Shown: in pieces, positions 40,179 to 51,498 of the stretch
How positions within the stretch are numbered: the stretch's first letter is position 1
Layout: every line of letters begins with the position of its first letter
Source: Desulfuromonadales bacterium
Lineage (GTDB): Bacteria > Desulfobacterota > Desulfuromonadia > Desulfuromonadales > SZUA-540
Assembly (NCBI GenBank): GCA_033549025.1
Contig: JAWSUS010000003.1
Span: forward strand, 128,001 to 192,000
Direction of reading: 5' to 3'
Length of the DNA stretch: 64,000 nt
The notes under the pieces: generated by a model
What the model was told of the DNA's origin: nothing
Database searches by the model: none
Seen by the model: only the letters and a program-made list of their open reading frames with translations
Program-made: the position numbers and the translations under genes

Positions 40179-40209
40179 TAGCCAAGGCCGCACAAGGCGA
40201 CCTTGGCTA
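40179..40209 (-). terminator. rplL-rpoB intergenic hairpin (attenuator-like)
   Basis: TAGCCAAGG...CCTTGGCTA stem followed by a pyrimidine-rich tract on the minus strand; same position as the E. coli rplL-rpoB attenuator. Confidence 0.55.
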
Positions 40210-40232
40210 ATGGCGAAACTATGGGAAGGGAA

Positions 40233-40616
40233 CTACTTGAGTTCCACAGTGGCGCCAGCTTCGACGAGCTGCTTTTTGAGCTCTTCGGCTTCGGCTTTAG
40301 GCATGGCTTCCTTGACGGTCTGAGGAGCACCATCAACGAGATCCTTGGCTTCTTTGAGGCCCAGGCCTGTGGCAGCACGAACAACCTTGATGACGTTGAT
40401 CTTTTTATCGCCAGCGGCGGCGAGAACAACATCGAACTCATCTTTTTCTTCTACAGCAGCAGCACCACCAGCGGCAGGAGCGGCAGCGGCCACCGCAACA
40501 GGAGCGGCAGCGGAGACACCGAACTTCTCTTCGAGTTCCTTGACGAGCTCAGCCAGCTCAAGGACGTTCATTTTTTCGATAAATTCAACAACCTGTTCTT
40601 TAGTGATATCAGCCAT
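40233..40616 (-). CDS. rplL: 50S ribosomal protein L7/L12
   Basis: [19 protein letters not shown]. Confidence 0.99.
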   Translation of the reverse strand: MADITKEQVVEFIEKMNVLELAELVKELEEKFGVSAAAPVAVAAAAPAAGGAAAVEEKDEFDVVLAAAGDKKINVIKVVRAATGLGLKEAKDLVDGAPQTVKEAMPKAEAEELKKQLVEAGATVELK

Positions 40617-40670
40617 GATAAATATTCCTCCGTAACGTGTTATGCGTAAAATGGGGTAAAAAGGGCCAAA

Positions 40671-41189
40671 TTAAGCCGCTTTTTTGTCTTGAATAGCTGC
40701 CAATACCTGCACCAGGGAGCGCGGAATAGCTGCCAGCACACCAACAAAATTGGTCGCGGGAGCATTAAGCGAACCAAGGACTTTGGCCAGCAGAACCTCG
40801 CGGCTCGGCAATTCAGCCAGGGCCTCGATCTGTGCGAGGTCAAGCAGGTTGCCATTGAGCGCACCAACCTTCAGAGCAAAGGTCTTATTGGTTTTGGCGA
40901 ATTCGGACAGAATTTTGGCGGGGGCCACAGGGTCCGATCCAGCAATAGCGATCGCTGTGGGTCCGGCAAGGTGGTCGGAAAGGCACTCACTTGAAGTTCC
41001 TTTGGCGGCCAGCTTCAACAGGGTGTTTTTGACAACGCGGTATTCGACTCCTGCTCCGCGCAGTTCACCGCGCAGCTTATCCACCTGCTCCACGTTGAGA
41101 CCGCGATAGTCCGCAAGAAAGGCCGCTTTGGCCGACCCGAGCTTTTCACTCAACTCGGCGACAATCTGTTCTTTGCTGCTTTTGTTCAA
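40671..41189 (-). CDS. rplJ: 50S ribosomal protein L10
   Basis: DYRGL, VVKNTL, LPSRE; TTG start downstream of GGAGG. Confidence 0.98.
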   Translation of the reverse strand: MNKSSKEQIVAELSEKLGSAKAAFLADYRGLNVEQVDKLRGELRGAGVEYRVVKNTLLKLAAKGTSSECLSDHLAGPTAIAIAGSDPVAPAKILSEFAKTNKTFALKVGALNGNLLDLAQIEALAELPSREVLLAKVLGSLNAPATNFVGVLAAIPRSLVQVLAAIQDKKAA

Positions 41190-41287
41190 CGTCTCTCCTC
41201 CTTTCATTGAGATTTGGGGATCCATTTGATCCCTTGCCCCAGTCTGAGGTCATGGAGTGAGACGAAATCGTCGATCCATTGTTCCAG

Positions 41288-41345
41288 CCTCGGCAGGCAG
41301 TCCATCTTTTAAGCGCGATCGGCTAGCGCACCTGCTGTCTTTGAC
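41288..41345 (-). ncRNA. L10 leader (ribosomal protein autoregulatory RNA), core region
   Basis: Minus strand AAGACAGCAGG...TTAA...CCTGCCGAGG, upstream of rplJ. Confidence 0.75.
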
Positions 41346-41366
41346 CGGGAGCGTTATGTAAACCAC

Positions 41367-41395
41367 CAGTCGCCCACTCGAAGAGAGGGCGACTG
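41367..41395. terminator. Hairpin after rplA
   Basis: CAGTCGCCC...GGGCGACTG stem. Confidence 0.45.
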
Positions 41396-41419
41396 TCGTG
41401 CGAACAAACCTTGCTTAAC

Positions 41420-42121
41420 TTATTTGACCATCGCCTGCAAAGCAGCGACATCGATATTGAGGCCAGGTCCCATCGTGCTGGAAATGCACACCTTTTTAAG
41501 GTAAGTCCCCTTGGAGGTAGCGGGTTTGGCCTTAACAAGAGCATCAACCAGGCTGACCACGTTTTCCTTGAGTTTTTCAACGTCAAAGGAAACCTTGCCC
41601 ACCGGGGCATGAACGATACCCGCTTTTTCAACGCGGTATTCGATTTTACCCGATTTGGCCTCGGTCACTGCCCGCTCGATGTCAAAGGTGACGGTACCAA
41701 CCTTGGGGTTAGGCATAAGGCCGCGGGGGCCGAGAAGCTTGCCGATTTTGCCGACCGTACCCATCATATCCGGGGTAGCGATAGCAGTATCAAAATCGAA
41801 CCAGCCGGCCTGAATCTTGGCCACGAGATCGTCCGCCCCGACGTAGTCGGCACCAGCCGTGGTGGCTTCCTGAGCCTTCTCGCCCTTGGCAAAGACGAGA
41901 ACACGGACAGTTTTACCCAGACCGTTAGGAAGGACAACGGCACCACGAACCATCTGATCCGCCTTACGCGGATCAACGCCCAGGCGAATGGAGACGTCGA
42001 CCGTTTCGTCAAATTTGGCGAAGGAAGTCTCTTTGACAAGAGCAAGAGCCTCCTCAATAGGATAGGCATTTGTTCTGTCTATCTTGGCCTTAGCTTGAGT
42101 ATGTTTTTTTCCTGCACTCAT
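41420..42121 (-). CDS. rplA: 50S ribosomal protein L1
   Basis: [23 protein letters not shown]. Confidence 0.99.
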   Translation of the reverse strand: MSAGKKHTQAKAKIDRTNAYPIEEALALVKETSFAKFDETVDVSIRLGVDPRKADQMVRGAVVLPNGLGKTVRVLVFAKGEKAQEATTAGADYVGADDLVAKIQAGWFDFDTAIATPDMMGTVGKIGKLLGPRGLMPNPKVGTVTFDIERAVTEAKSGKIEYRVEKAGIVHAPVGKVSFDVEKLKENVVSLVDALVKAKPATSKGTYLKKVCISSTMGPGLNIDVAALQAMVK

Positions 42122-42133
42122 TTGCAACTCCAG

Positions 42134-42556
42134 TTAAACGACTTCGAGGCCCATGCTGCGGGCGGTGCCTTCAATAGTAAGGATTGCCTTTTCGATATCA
42201 AAGGCATTGAGATCCGGCATTTTCAGCTCGGCAATCTCCCTGACCTGATCCTTGGTGACCTTGCCCACTTTGTTTTTATTGGGCACGCCGGATCCCTTCT
42301 GAATCTTGGCGGCCTTCAGGAGAAGAACGGCTGCGGGCGGCGTCTTGGTGATGAAGGAAAAGGACCGGTCGGCGTAGACAGTAATGACGACAGGTGTAAT
42401 CATTCCGTCCTGTGCCTGGGTCTTTGCGTTAAACGCCTTGCAGAACTCCATAATGTTGACCCCATGCTGGCCGAGCGCGGGACCGACCGGAGGCGAAGGA
42501 TTCGCCTTGCCGGCAGGAATCTGCAGTTTAATCAAACCAACAACCTTCTTGGCCAT
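42134..42556 (-). CDS. rplK: 50S ribosomal protein L11
   Basis: [17 protein letters not shown]. Confidence 0.99.
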   Translation of the reverse strand: MAKKVVGLIKLQIPAGKANPSPPVGPALGQHGVNIMEFCKAFNAKTQAQDGMITPVVITVYADRSFSFITKTPPAAVLLLKAAKIQKGSGVPNKNKVGKVTKDQVREIAELKMPDLNAFDIEKAILTIEGTARSMGLEVV

Positions 42557-42592
42557 GAGTGACTCCTTGAGTTTATCTTGTTAGAACCAGCT

Positions 42593-43126
42593 CTAGCTGG
42601 TTTTTTCTACTTGAATGAATTCCAGTTCGACCGGCGTAACCCGCCCGAAAATACTGACCATGACCTTGAGTTTGCCCTTGTCGGGCTTCACATCTTCGAC
42701 CACACCGGTAAAGTTGAGGAACGGACCGTCAACCACGCGTACCGTTTCACCAACTTCAAACTCGACCTTCGGCTTGGGTCGCTCCACACCTTCTTCGATG
42801 CGCGAGGTAATCTTAGCAACCTCTTCGTCGGGGATGGACGGTGGAGCAGTCCCCCCTCCAACAAATCCAGTAACCTTCGGTATATCTTTAACTATGTGCC
42901 AGGTTTCGTTGTTCAACTCCATCTGGACAAGTATATAGCCAGGAAAAAATTTACGGGAAGAGGTCTTGCGCTCTCCCTTTTTCAACTCGACCACCGTTTC
43001 GGAAGGGATCAATATTTCCCCAAAGAACTCTTCCGCTTCGAGCGATCGAATTCGCTCCTCCAGATTGAGCTTTACCTTATTTTCGAATCCAGAGTACGTG
43101 TGTACGCCATACCACTTTTTCGCCAT
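42593..43126 (-). CDS. nusG: Transcription termination/antitermination factor NusG
   Basis: [21 protein letters not shown] motif DGPF. Confidence 0.99.
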   Translation of the reverse strand: MAKKWYGVHTYSGFENKVKLNLEERIRSLEAEEFFGEILIPSETVVELKKGERKTSSRKFFPGYILVQMELNNETWHIVKDIPKVTGFVGGGTAPPSIPDEEVAKITSRIEEGVERPKPKVEFEVGETVRVVDGPFLNFTGVVEDVKPDKGKLKVMVSIFGRVTPVELEFIQVEKTS

Positions 43127-43141
43127 ATCAGCTTCTCCCTA

Positions 43142-43327
43142 TCAACTCAGGAGCGCGCGTATCACCGCGGAGAGAGCTGAGTCCACAACCCACAAAAACA
43201 CGGCAACGACGAAGACCAGAACGATAACAACCGTTGTTGACGCGATTGTGTCCTTGCGCGTCGGCCAGGTAACCTTTTTAAGCTCACCCTTTACGTTCGT
43301 CAAAAACTCTGTCGTTTTGGCAAGCAC
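43142..43327 (-). CDS. secE: Preprotein translocase SecE
   Basis: ELKKVTWP followed by a single TM helix; upstream of nusG. Confidence 0.96.
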   Translation of the reverse strand: MLAKTTEFLTNVKGELKKVTWPTRKDTIASTTVVIVLVFVVAVFLWVVDSALSAVIRALLS

Positions 43328-43359
43328 TATAAAACCCCTTTGGAGGATGACCATCAAAA

Positions 43360-43436
43360 TGGCAGGCCAGGAGGGACTCGAACCCCCAACACCCGGTTTT
43401 GGAGACCGGTGCTCTAGCCATTAGAGCTACTGGCCT
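43360..43436 (-). tRNA. tRNA-Trp(CCA)
   Basis: Cloverleaf, anticodon CCA, TTCGA T-loop, encoded CCA end. Confidence 0.97.
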
Positions 43437-43478
43437 GCATGCAGAAAACTGCGTAATTCCTCTTCCTGCCGCTAGCCC

Positions 43479-43628
43479 CTACTTCGTTTCCTTGTGGGGG
43501 GTGTGCTTCTGACAGAAACGGCAATATTTACTAAACTCCAGTTTATCGGGAGTATTTTTTTTGTTTTTCGTGGTGGTGTAATTGCGCTGCTTGCATTCAG
43601 TGCAAGCTAAGGTAACGATATCCCGCAT
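43479..43628 (-). CDS. rpmG: 50S ribosomal protein L33 (Zn-binding type)
   Basis: Manual translation [49 protein letters not shown]. Confidence 0.97.
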   Translation of the reverse strand: MRDIVTLACTECKQRNYTTTKNKKNTPDKLEFSKYCRFCQKHTPHKETK

Positions 43629-43682
43629 GGTGTCGTCCTTCAACCCCCCCCCTCTAACGAGGGGAGGAGGTTTTGAATGTTT

Positions 43683-44873
<1,191 letters not shown>

Positions 44874-44983
44874 TGTGTCATCCTCCCTTTTTACTGATTT
44901 TGCTTATTTCGCCTAATGTTGGGCCAGCTGCGTTTGCGAGGCCAAGATCCAATACAAACAGACAAACCCCCAGACACAGTGCA

Positions 44984-45059
<76 letters not shown>

Positions 45060-45097
45060 CTATTCACTGACTTTCTGCGGAATCACCAGGGTTAGTT

Positions 45098-45174
45098 TGG
45101 AGCGGGAAACGGGATTCGAACCCGCGACCCTCAGCTTGGAAGGCTGATGCTCTAGCCAACTGAGCTACTCCCGC
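45098..45174 (-). tRNA. tRNA-Gly(TCC)
   Basis: Cloverleaf, anticodon TCC, CCA end. Confidence 0.97.
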
Positions 45175-45297
45175 CCAAAAACAACCAACCTTAAATTTAT
45201 CTGCTACACGGTGGACTCCAGAAGGATCGACTTCCCAGTACATTCAGCCCATGGCCTCCTGGAAACGCCTACCCGACCTCATCCGGCGAGTTTCATA

Positions 45298-45382
<85 letters not shown>

Positions 45383-45427
45383 AGGGGAATTTAAAACAAA
45401 AGGTTTTTCAGCCCCTTTGTAGCTCAT

Positions 45428-45503
45428 TGGAGCTGGCGACAGGAATTGAACCCGCAACCTGCTGATTACAAGTCAGCTGCTCTACCTATTGAGCTACGCC
45501 AGC
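45428..45503 (-). tRNA. tRNA-Thr(TGT)
   Basis: Cloverleaf, anticodon TGT, CCA end. Confidence 0.97.
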
Positions 45504-45514
45504 ACAGGGGGGGA

Positions 45515-45543
45515 TTTATACAACAGTGACTTTCGAATTGCAA
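45515..45543 (-). promoter_or_regulatory. Putative sigma70 promoter of the tRNA-tuf operon
   Basis: TTGCAA-N17-TATAAA followed by a C-rich discriminator; a second TTGACA lies at 45610-45615. Confidence 0.65.
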
Positions 45544-45634
45544 GCCTTTTTTTCTACTGCGATCATTCCCGCCCAGAACGGGTGAACGTATAATTCATTT
45601 GCTCGGTGATGTCAATAATTTTATAGGCAAAAAA

Positions 45635-46387
45635 TCAGCAACCACTCAAGACCCGACGCTGGCGAACAACCTCATACATGGCCAAGGCGCCGGCGACGGA
45701 GGCATTGAGGGAAGAGACCGCGCCCGCCATGGGGATACGCAGCAGGCCGTCGCAATGGGTTTTTACGTTGGGACGGAGCCCGCTCCCTTCGCTGCCGACG
45801 ACCAAGGCAATGTTCCCCGCCAGATCGCATGAATAGATATCCTGGCTGTCAGCCTCGCCGGCAAGGCCATAGACCCACACCCCAGCCCGCCGCAGTTCAT
45901 CCATGGTGCGAGCCAGATTAGTGACCTGGCAGAGCGGGATATGCTCGAGGGCGCCCGCCGAGGACTTGTCCACGACCCCGGTGACACCACAGGCCCGGTC
46001 TTTGGGAATGATCACGCCATGGCAGCCGGCGCCCTCCGCACTGCGGATCAAAGCACCCAGGTTGTGAGGATCGGTGATGCCGTCAAGAAGGAGAAAGAAA
46101 GCAGGCCGGCCGGAGGCACGCCAGCTTTCGACCAGATCGTCGACAGAGGCAAAAGAAAAATCTTCCACTTTCAGCAACACGCCCTGGTGGCGGTTGTTCC
46201 CGGCCAGCCGATCCATGTCCCGACGCTCGACCTGGCGAACGGCCACACCCTCGCGCTCCGCCTCCTCGATCACCTCCTGAACCCGAGGGCTGAGAGGCTG
46301 GCGCGTTACGACCAGCTCAAGGGGGCGGCGGAGCCGGCTGCGCAGCCCCTCACGGGCCGGATTTACACCATAGATCCAATCCGCCAT
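45635..46387 (-). CDS. rlmB: 23S rRNA Gm2251 2'-O-methyltransferase (SPOUT)
   Basis: HQGV, DPHNLGA, GSEG, SLNASVA. Confidence 0.93.
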   Translation of the reverse strand: MADWIYGVNPAREGLRSRLRRPLELVVTRQPLSPRVQEVIEEAEREGVAVRQVERRDMDRLAGNNRHQGVLLKVEDFSFASVDDLVESWRASGRPAFFLLLDGITDPHNLGALIRSAEGAGCHGVIIPKDRACGVTGVVDKSSAGALEHIPLCQVTNLARTMDELRRAGVWVYGLAGEADSQDIYSCDLAGNIALVVGSEGSGLRPNVKTHCDGLLRIPMAGAVSSLNASVAGALAMYEVVRQRRVLSGC

Positions 46388-47124
46388 TAACGATTCTCGC
46401 CGAGAGCAGCAGCCATTTCATCCAGAATCTTTTCAGCCGCCCCGACAGGATCGGCCGCCGCCGAAATAGGCCGCCCGATGACCAGATAGTCGGCACCAGC
46501 GCTGATGGCCTCGGCAGGGGTAGTGACCCGTTTCTGGTCATCCAGAGAAGCAAATGTGGGGCGCACGCCAGGCGTCACAATAAGGAAATCATCCCCGCAA
46601 ACTTCCCGGATGAGGGCGACTTCCTTAGGCGAGGCGACCACGCCGTCCATGCCGGCATCCTTGGCCAGCTTGGCCAGACGGGGCACCATTTCCTGAACGG
46701 GACGATCGATGCCGACCTGCTTCAGGGTTTCCTCGGTGGATGAGGTCAGGATGGTCACCGCCAGCAGCACGGGACGCTCGGCGCTACCCTTCGGACAGAC
46801 GCTATCAACAGCCGCCACAGTTTTCTCCATCATCTCCCGCCCGCCCAGGGCATGCACATTGAACATGCGGACACCGAGTCGAGCCGCCTCCACGCCAGCG
46901 CTGGCTACAGTGTTGGGGATATCGTGATACTTGAGGTCAAGAAAGACATCCCCCCCTTCCCCGCGGACCATGTGAACCACCTCGGGACCACAACGGGTAA
47001 AGAGCTGCTTGCCCACCTTAAAAACCCCGACCTTTTCGTGCAGCAACTTGACCCAGCGCTCAGCCTCTTCAAAATTGTCGACGTCCAGGGCGAAAACCAG
47101 GCGATCACGTACAGAATTCTTCAT
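46387..47124 (-). CDS. pyrF: Orotidine-5'-phosphate decarboxylase
   Basis: FALD, DLKYHDIPNT, TPGVRP, VIGRPI. Confidence 0.97.
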   Translation of the reverse strand: MKNSVRDRLVFALDVDNFEEAERWVKLLHEKVGVFKVGKQLFTRCGPEVVHMVRGEGGDVFLDLKYHDIPNTVASAGVEAARLGVRMFNVHALGGREMMEKTVAAVDSVCPKGSAERPVLLAVTILTSSTEETLKQVGIDRPVQEMVPRLAKLAKDAGMDGVVASPKEVALIREVCGDDFLIVTPGVRPTFASLDDQKRVTTPAEAISAGADYLVIGRPISAAADPVGAAEKILDEMAAALGENR

Positions 47125-48335
47125 CACTTGCTCCCAATGATATGTTTCACCCGGCGGGAGATCTCCTGCACCCGCTGAATGAGTTCCGTCGATTCCTCGG
47201 CGCCCAATTGGCGACGGGCGGCCATGCATTCCATGTAAACCAGCTCGCTCAAAGCATCGGCCAGCAGCTTCATCTTGTCCGACTCATCAAGTCCGCCCAG
47301 ATTGACCAGGATACGCCCCGCCTCTATAGAGCCGTCTTCGGCCAGGGTCACATCCCGAAAGACATACGAAAAAGGTTGAGGCAACGTGTGCAGAAAAGCA
47401 TCCACCTCCTGGCCAAAGGCGGGATTCTTCTCACTCAGCCGTCGGAAGAGTGCCGAGAGGGCGCCGTTGAAAATGGAGAGGATTTTACCCAGGTCCCCGG
47501 ATGCCTCCACCGAGGGGGCGTCCTCCATTCTCACCGCCTTTTTCTCGATCAACTGATAGAGCAGGCGCAGCGTCTCGAACTCTCCCATGCCGCTCCGGCG
47601 CAGAATTTCACGCACCGCGAGGCGCCTCTCGCCAATAAGCAGCGCCAGACGTTTTTCCGATGGAGGCAGATCCTCGACGCGCCCCGGCTCCAGCACCGGC
47701 AAGCCATCGAGAGAACCAATGCGGCGCATGAAGAGTTCTTTCTCGTCAACGCGGCGCAGTCCTTCCATGATAAGGTTCTGGGTGCTCAGCGAGAGCCGGA
47801 CGACTTCGCTCTTGCCCGGACGCTGATTCAGGAAGACATAGCTGCCGGCCTGAAAAGCAAAGAGGCCGTAGATAATGGACTCCACCTGCTGGCGCGTCGC
47901 CTGCCAGAGATCTTTGGCCGTGACCAGCCCCTTTTCGACCAGAGACTTGCCGCCGCGGGTCAGATCGACAGATGATTGTCGGATCTTCTGAAGCCCTTCC
48001 GCGCTGAGCTTCCCCATGTCAAAGAGGGCGTCTCCCAGGTCTTCGCCCGGGAAGGTACTCTTTGCCGAGACAATCTCACCCTGCTGGAAGCACAGATCCT
48101 TACAGCCTCCCTTGAGTTCAAAGTGCAGGACGCCGGTTTTCCGGAACATATTAAAGAAGGAGAGGAGATCCGTCACCGAGACCTCCCCCAGCACTCCCGC
48201 CATCAACACCTCGCCCGCCTCCGGCGAGGTAAAGAGGAGATGACAGGAGGAAGATGCGGTCAGCTCCAAAGATGAAACCGCGACCTTGTCGGCCACCTGG
48301 GGAGGAATCGTCAAAAGCGTGCTGTCAGCTGCCAT
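47124..48335 (-). CDS. DUF4388 (PatA-N-like) domain protein
   Basis: G-x-L..DLL..KTGVL..F..GEI..A pattern, LGDAL and NLIMEGLRRVDE, typical of deltaproteobacterial DUF4388 proteins. Confidence 0.75.
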   Translation of the reverse strand: MAADSTLLTIPPQVADKVAVSSLELTASSSCHLLFTSPEAGEVLMAGVLGEVSVTDLLSFFNMFRKTGVLHFELKGGCKDLCFQQGEIVSAKSTFPGEDLGDALFDMGKLSAEGLQKIRQSSVDLTRGGKSLVEKGLVTAKDLWQATRQQVESIIYGLFAFQAGSYVFLNQRPGKSEVVRLSLSTQNLIMEGLRRVDEKELFMRRIGSLDGLPVLEPGRVEDLPPSEKRLALLIGERRLAVREILRRSGMGEFETLRLLYQLIEKKAVRMEDAPSVEASGDLGKILSIFNGALSALFRRLSEKNPAFGQEVDAFLHTLPQPFSYVFRDVTLAEDGSIEAGRILVNLGGLDESDKMKLLADALSELVYMECMAARRQLGAEESTELIQRVQEISRRVKHIIGSK

Positions 48336-48373
48336 AAGTCTCTACTCTCCGTGGCGGCTCTTCAATCCCGCCG

Positions 48374-50092
48374 TCAATCAGACGCCAGGGCCGCCCGGAT
48401 CTTGGCTGCGACCACGGCGGCCGCCTCCGCCACCGGCAGCAGACTCCGCTGCCCGTTCAAACGCTCCTGCAGCTCCAGCGCACCCTCCTTGAGGCCCCGG
48501 GCACCGACGGTCACCCGCAAGGGGATGCCGATAAGGTCCGCATCCTTGAACTTGCTGCCCGGGCGCTCGTCACGATCGTCGAGCAGCACGTCGACGCCGG
48601 CCTGCCGCAGATCGTTATAAAGAGCCTCCGCCGCCGCCCGGACTTCGTCATCGTTGGGGTTGACCATAGTGACGACGACCTGGAAGGGGGCGATCGGCAA
48701 GGGGAAGATGATGCCGTTCTCGTCATGGTTCTGCTCGATGGCCGAAGCGACGGTGCGGCCGATGCCGATACCGTAGCAGCCCATGACCAGCACGCGGTCC
48801 TTGCCCTGATCATCCAGCACGGTCGCGCCCATGGCCTCGGAATACTTGGTACCCAGCTTGAAGACGTGTCCCACCTCGATGCCGCGCCAGATCTCGAGCT
48901 TGCCTTCGCAGCGGGGGCAGGGATCGCCGCCGATGGCCTGACGCAGATCAGCGAAGGTATCAACAGTGAAGTCGCGATTCAGGTTGACGCCGGTGAAATG
49001 GGCATCCTTCTCGTTGGCGCCGGTGATAAAGTCGGCCATGCCCTGCACCTCCAGATCGGCTACGAGGCGGATCTTCAGACCGACGGGACCGGCAAAACCG
49101 CTCGGCGCTCCGGTGACCTTCTGTACCACCTCTTCCGGCGCCAGGGTGACCCAGGTGCAGCCGAGGAGATGCGCCAGCTTGATATCGTTGAGTTCGCGGT
49201 CCCCGCGCAGCAGCACCCCCAGGGTCTCGCCGGCATCCGTTTCGACGATCAGGGTCTTGAGCAGCCGCGACGGGCTGGTTTCCAGAAAGAGGGCCACGTC
49301 CTCGATGGTCTTGCGAGCCGGCGTGGCCACCTTACTCAATTCTTTTGTCGCCGGCGGCGTCGGCAGTGTCCCCAGGCGGATCTCGGCCTTCTCGACATTG
49401 GCGGCATATTCACAGCTGTCACAGGAAACGATGGCATCCTCACCGGACTCGGCCAGCACCATGAACTCGTGGGAAAAAGAGCCACCGATAGAGCCGGTAT
49501 CCGCCTCCACGGCACGGAACTTAAGACCGCAGCGGGTGAAGATGCGGCGATAGGCCTGGTACATCTTCTCATAGGAGGCATCAGCCCCGGCATCGTCGAG
49601 ATCGAAGGAGTAGGCGTCCTTCATGATGAACTCGCGGCCACGCATGAGGCCGAAACGGGGGCGAATCTCGTCACGGAACTTGGTCTGGATCTGATAAAGA
49701 TTCAGGGGGAGCTGACGGTAGGAGCGCACTGTGTTGCGCACGATGTCGGTGACCACTTCTTCATGGGTCGGCCCCATGCAGAAATCGGCATCCTTGCGGT
49801 CCTTGAAGCGCAGCAGCTCCTTACCGTACTTTTCCCAGCGTCCCGACTCCTGCCAGAGCTCGGCGGGGTTGGCCATGGGCATGAGCACCTCGATAGCCCC
49901 GGCCCGGTCCAGCTCTTCGCGGACAATGGCCTCGACCTTGCGGATGGAACGCAGTCCTAATGGCATATAGTTATAGATACCGGCGGCCACTTTGCGGATC
50001 ATGCCAGCCCGCATCATCAGCTGGTGGCTGACCACTTCGGCGTCGGCGGGGGTCTCTTTCAATGTCGGCAACAAATACTGGGACCAGCGCAT
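48374..50092 (-). CDS. proS: Prolyl-tRNA synthetase (with editing insertion)
   Basis: [23 protein letters not shown]. Confidence 0.99.
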   Translation of the reverse strand: MRWSQYLLPTLKETPADAEVVSHQLMMRAGMIRKVAAGIYNYMPLGLRSIRKVEAIVREELDRAGAIEVLMPMANPAELWQESGRWEKYGKELLRFKDRKDADFCMGPTHEEVVTDIVRNTVRSYRQLPLNLYQIQTKFRDEIRPRFGLMRGREFIMKDAYSFDLDDAGADASYEKMYQAYRRIFTRCGLKFRAVEADTGSIGGSFSHEFMVLAESGEDAIVSCDSCEYAANVEKAEIRLGTLPTPPATKELSKVATPARKTIEDVALFLETSPSRLLKTLIVETDAGETLGVLLRGDRELNDIKLAHLLGCTWVTLAPEEVVQKVTGAPSGFAGPVGLKIRLVADLEVQGMADFITGANEKDAHFTGVNLNRDFTVDTFADLRQAIGGDPCPRCEGKLEIWRGIEVGHVFKLGTKYSEAMGATVLDDQGKDRVLVMGCYGIGIGRTVASAIEQNHDENGIIFPLPIAPFQVVVTMVNPNDDEVRAAAEALYNDLRQAGVDVLLDDRDERPGSKFKDADLIGIPLRVTVGARGLKEGALELQERLNGQRSLLPVAEAAAVVAAKIRAALASD

Positions 50093-50235
50093 GGGAAAAC
50101 CTCAACTCTTGATTAAATTGGATAACACGGAAATCGGACGAAGGCGCCAGAGGGCGCCGGCAGGTAGGAAAAGCTAGCGTATCTGCGGGCAAAAGGCAAG
50201 AAAACAGTGCGCAGGAAGCCTCTTGCCGCGGCGAT

Positions 50236-51303
50236 TCAGCTCTTTTCTTTCCGGTGCACCAGCTCCCAGGCTTCTTCCACCAGCGCATCGGCCAGTTCGG
50301 CTTGCGGCACCTTGCGCACCACCTGCCCATGGCGGAAGAGCAGCCCCTGTCCCTTGCCGCCCGCGATACCGATATCGGCCTCACGGGCCTCGCCCGGCCC
50401 GTTGACCACACAGCCCATCACGGCCACGGTGATCTTCTCCGGCAGGTCGTGCAGACGACGCTCCACCTCTTCGGCCACGGCAATAAGGTCGATCTGGCAG
50501 CGGCCACAGGTCGGGCAACTCACGAACACCGGCCCGCGCTCGCGCAATTCCAGGGCTTTGAGAATCTCCCAGCCGACCCGCACCTCTTCTACCGGATCAC
50601 CGGTCAGGGAGACGCGCAGGGTGTCGCCGATGCCGTCATAGAGCAATGCCCCCAGGCCGATGGCGCTCTTGATGGTACCGCTCCAGGTGGTACCCGCTTC
50701 GGTGATGCCGATGTGCAGAGGATAATCCACGCGGTCGGCCAACTGGCGATAGGCCTCCACCGTACGGCGGATATCGGAGGCCTTGAGGCTGACCTTGATC
50801 TGGTCAAAGGAGAGATCTTCCAGCAGGCGAATGTGTCCCAGGGCGCTCTCCACCATGGCTTCCGGCGTCGGATGCCCGTAGCGTTCGAGCAGCTCCTTTT
50901 CCAGGGAACCGCCGTTGACGCCGATGCGGATGGGCACGGAACGCTCGGCGCAGGCCCGTACCACTTCCTGTACTTTCCAGCGTTCGCCAATGTTGCCGGG
51001 GTTGATGCGCAAGCCCTGCACCCCGCTCTCCAGGGAAGCCAGGGCCAGCCGGTAATCGAAATGGATATCGGCAATCACCGGCAGAGGGCTGTCGGCACAG
51101 ATCCCCCGCAACGCCAGGGCGGCCTCTTCGTCGGGGACGGCGCAGCGCACGATCTCGCAGCCGGCCGCGAAGAGGCGGCGGATCTGCGCCGTGGTGGCCT
51201 GGACGTCACGGGTATCGGTATTGCACATGGACTGCACGGAAATGGGTGCCCCATCGCCGACAGCGACGTCTCCAACGGTAATCCGGCGTGTTTTTCGACG
51301 CAT
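50236..51303 (-). CDS. ispG: (E)-4-hydroxy-3-methylbut-2-enyl-diphosphate synthase
   Basis: VQSM, ADIHF, RINPGNI, CPTCGR, MGCVVNGPGE. Confidence 0.98.
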   Translation of the reverse strand: MRRKTRRITVGDVAVGDGAPISVQSMCNTDTRDVQATTAQIRRLFAAGCEIVRCAVPDEEAALALRGICADSPLPVIADIHFDYRLALASLESGVQGLRINPGNIGERWKVQEVVRACAERSVPIRIGVNGGSLEKELLERYGHPTPEAMVESALGHIRLLEDLSFDQIKVSLKASDIRRTVEAYRQLADRVDYPLHIGITEAGTTWSGTIKSAIGLGALLYDGIGDTLRVSLTGDPVEEVRVGWEILKALELRERGPVFVSCPTCGRCQIDLIAVAEEVERRLHDLPEKITVAVMGCVVNGPGEAREADIGIAGGKGQGLLFRHGQVVRKVPQAELADALVEEAWELVHRKEKS

Positions 51304-51387
51304 GGGTCGTTCCTTTCAGGCAAACAGCGGCCTCGGTCTTCCTCCAGGCGCCTGGCGGCGAGAGGCGGGGCGGCAAAAGTGGGCATG

Positions 51388-51416
51388 AGTTTACGGCCGG
51401 CAGAGCCCCAAGTCAA
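51388..51416 (-). promoter_or_regulatory. Putative promoter of the ispG operon
   Basis: TTGACT-N17-TAAACT. Confidence 0.6.
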
Positions 51417-51434
51417 GGGGCGAGGACTGAGCCG

Positions 51435-51463
51435 TTGACAGGAAAAAGACGACAGGGTAATGT
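51435..51463 (+). promoter_or_regulatory. Putative promoter of rlmD (divergent from ispG)
   Basis: TTGACA-N17-TAATGT. Confidence 0.6.
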
Positions 51464-51498
51464 GCCTCCAACTTATTAGCAAAGACAGGTCAAATACC

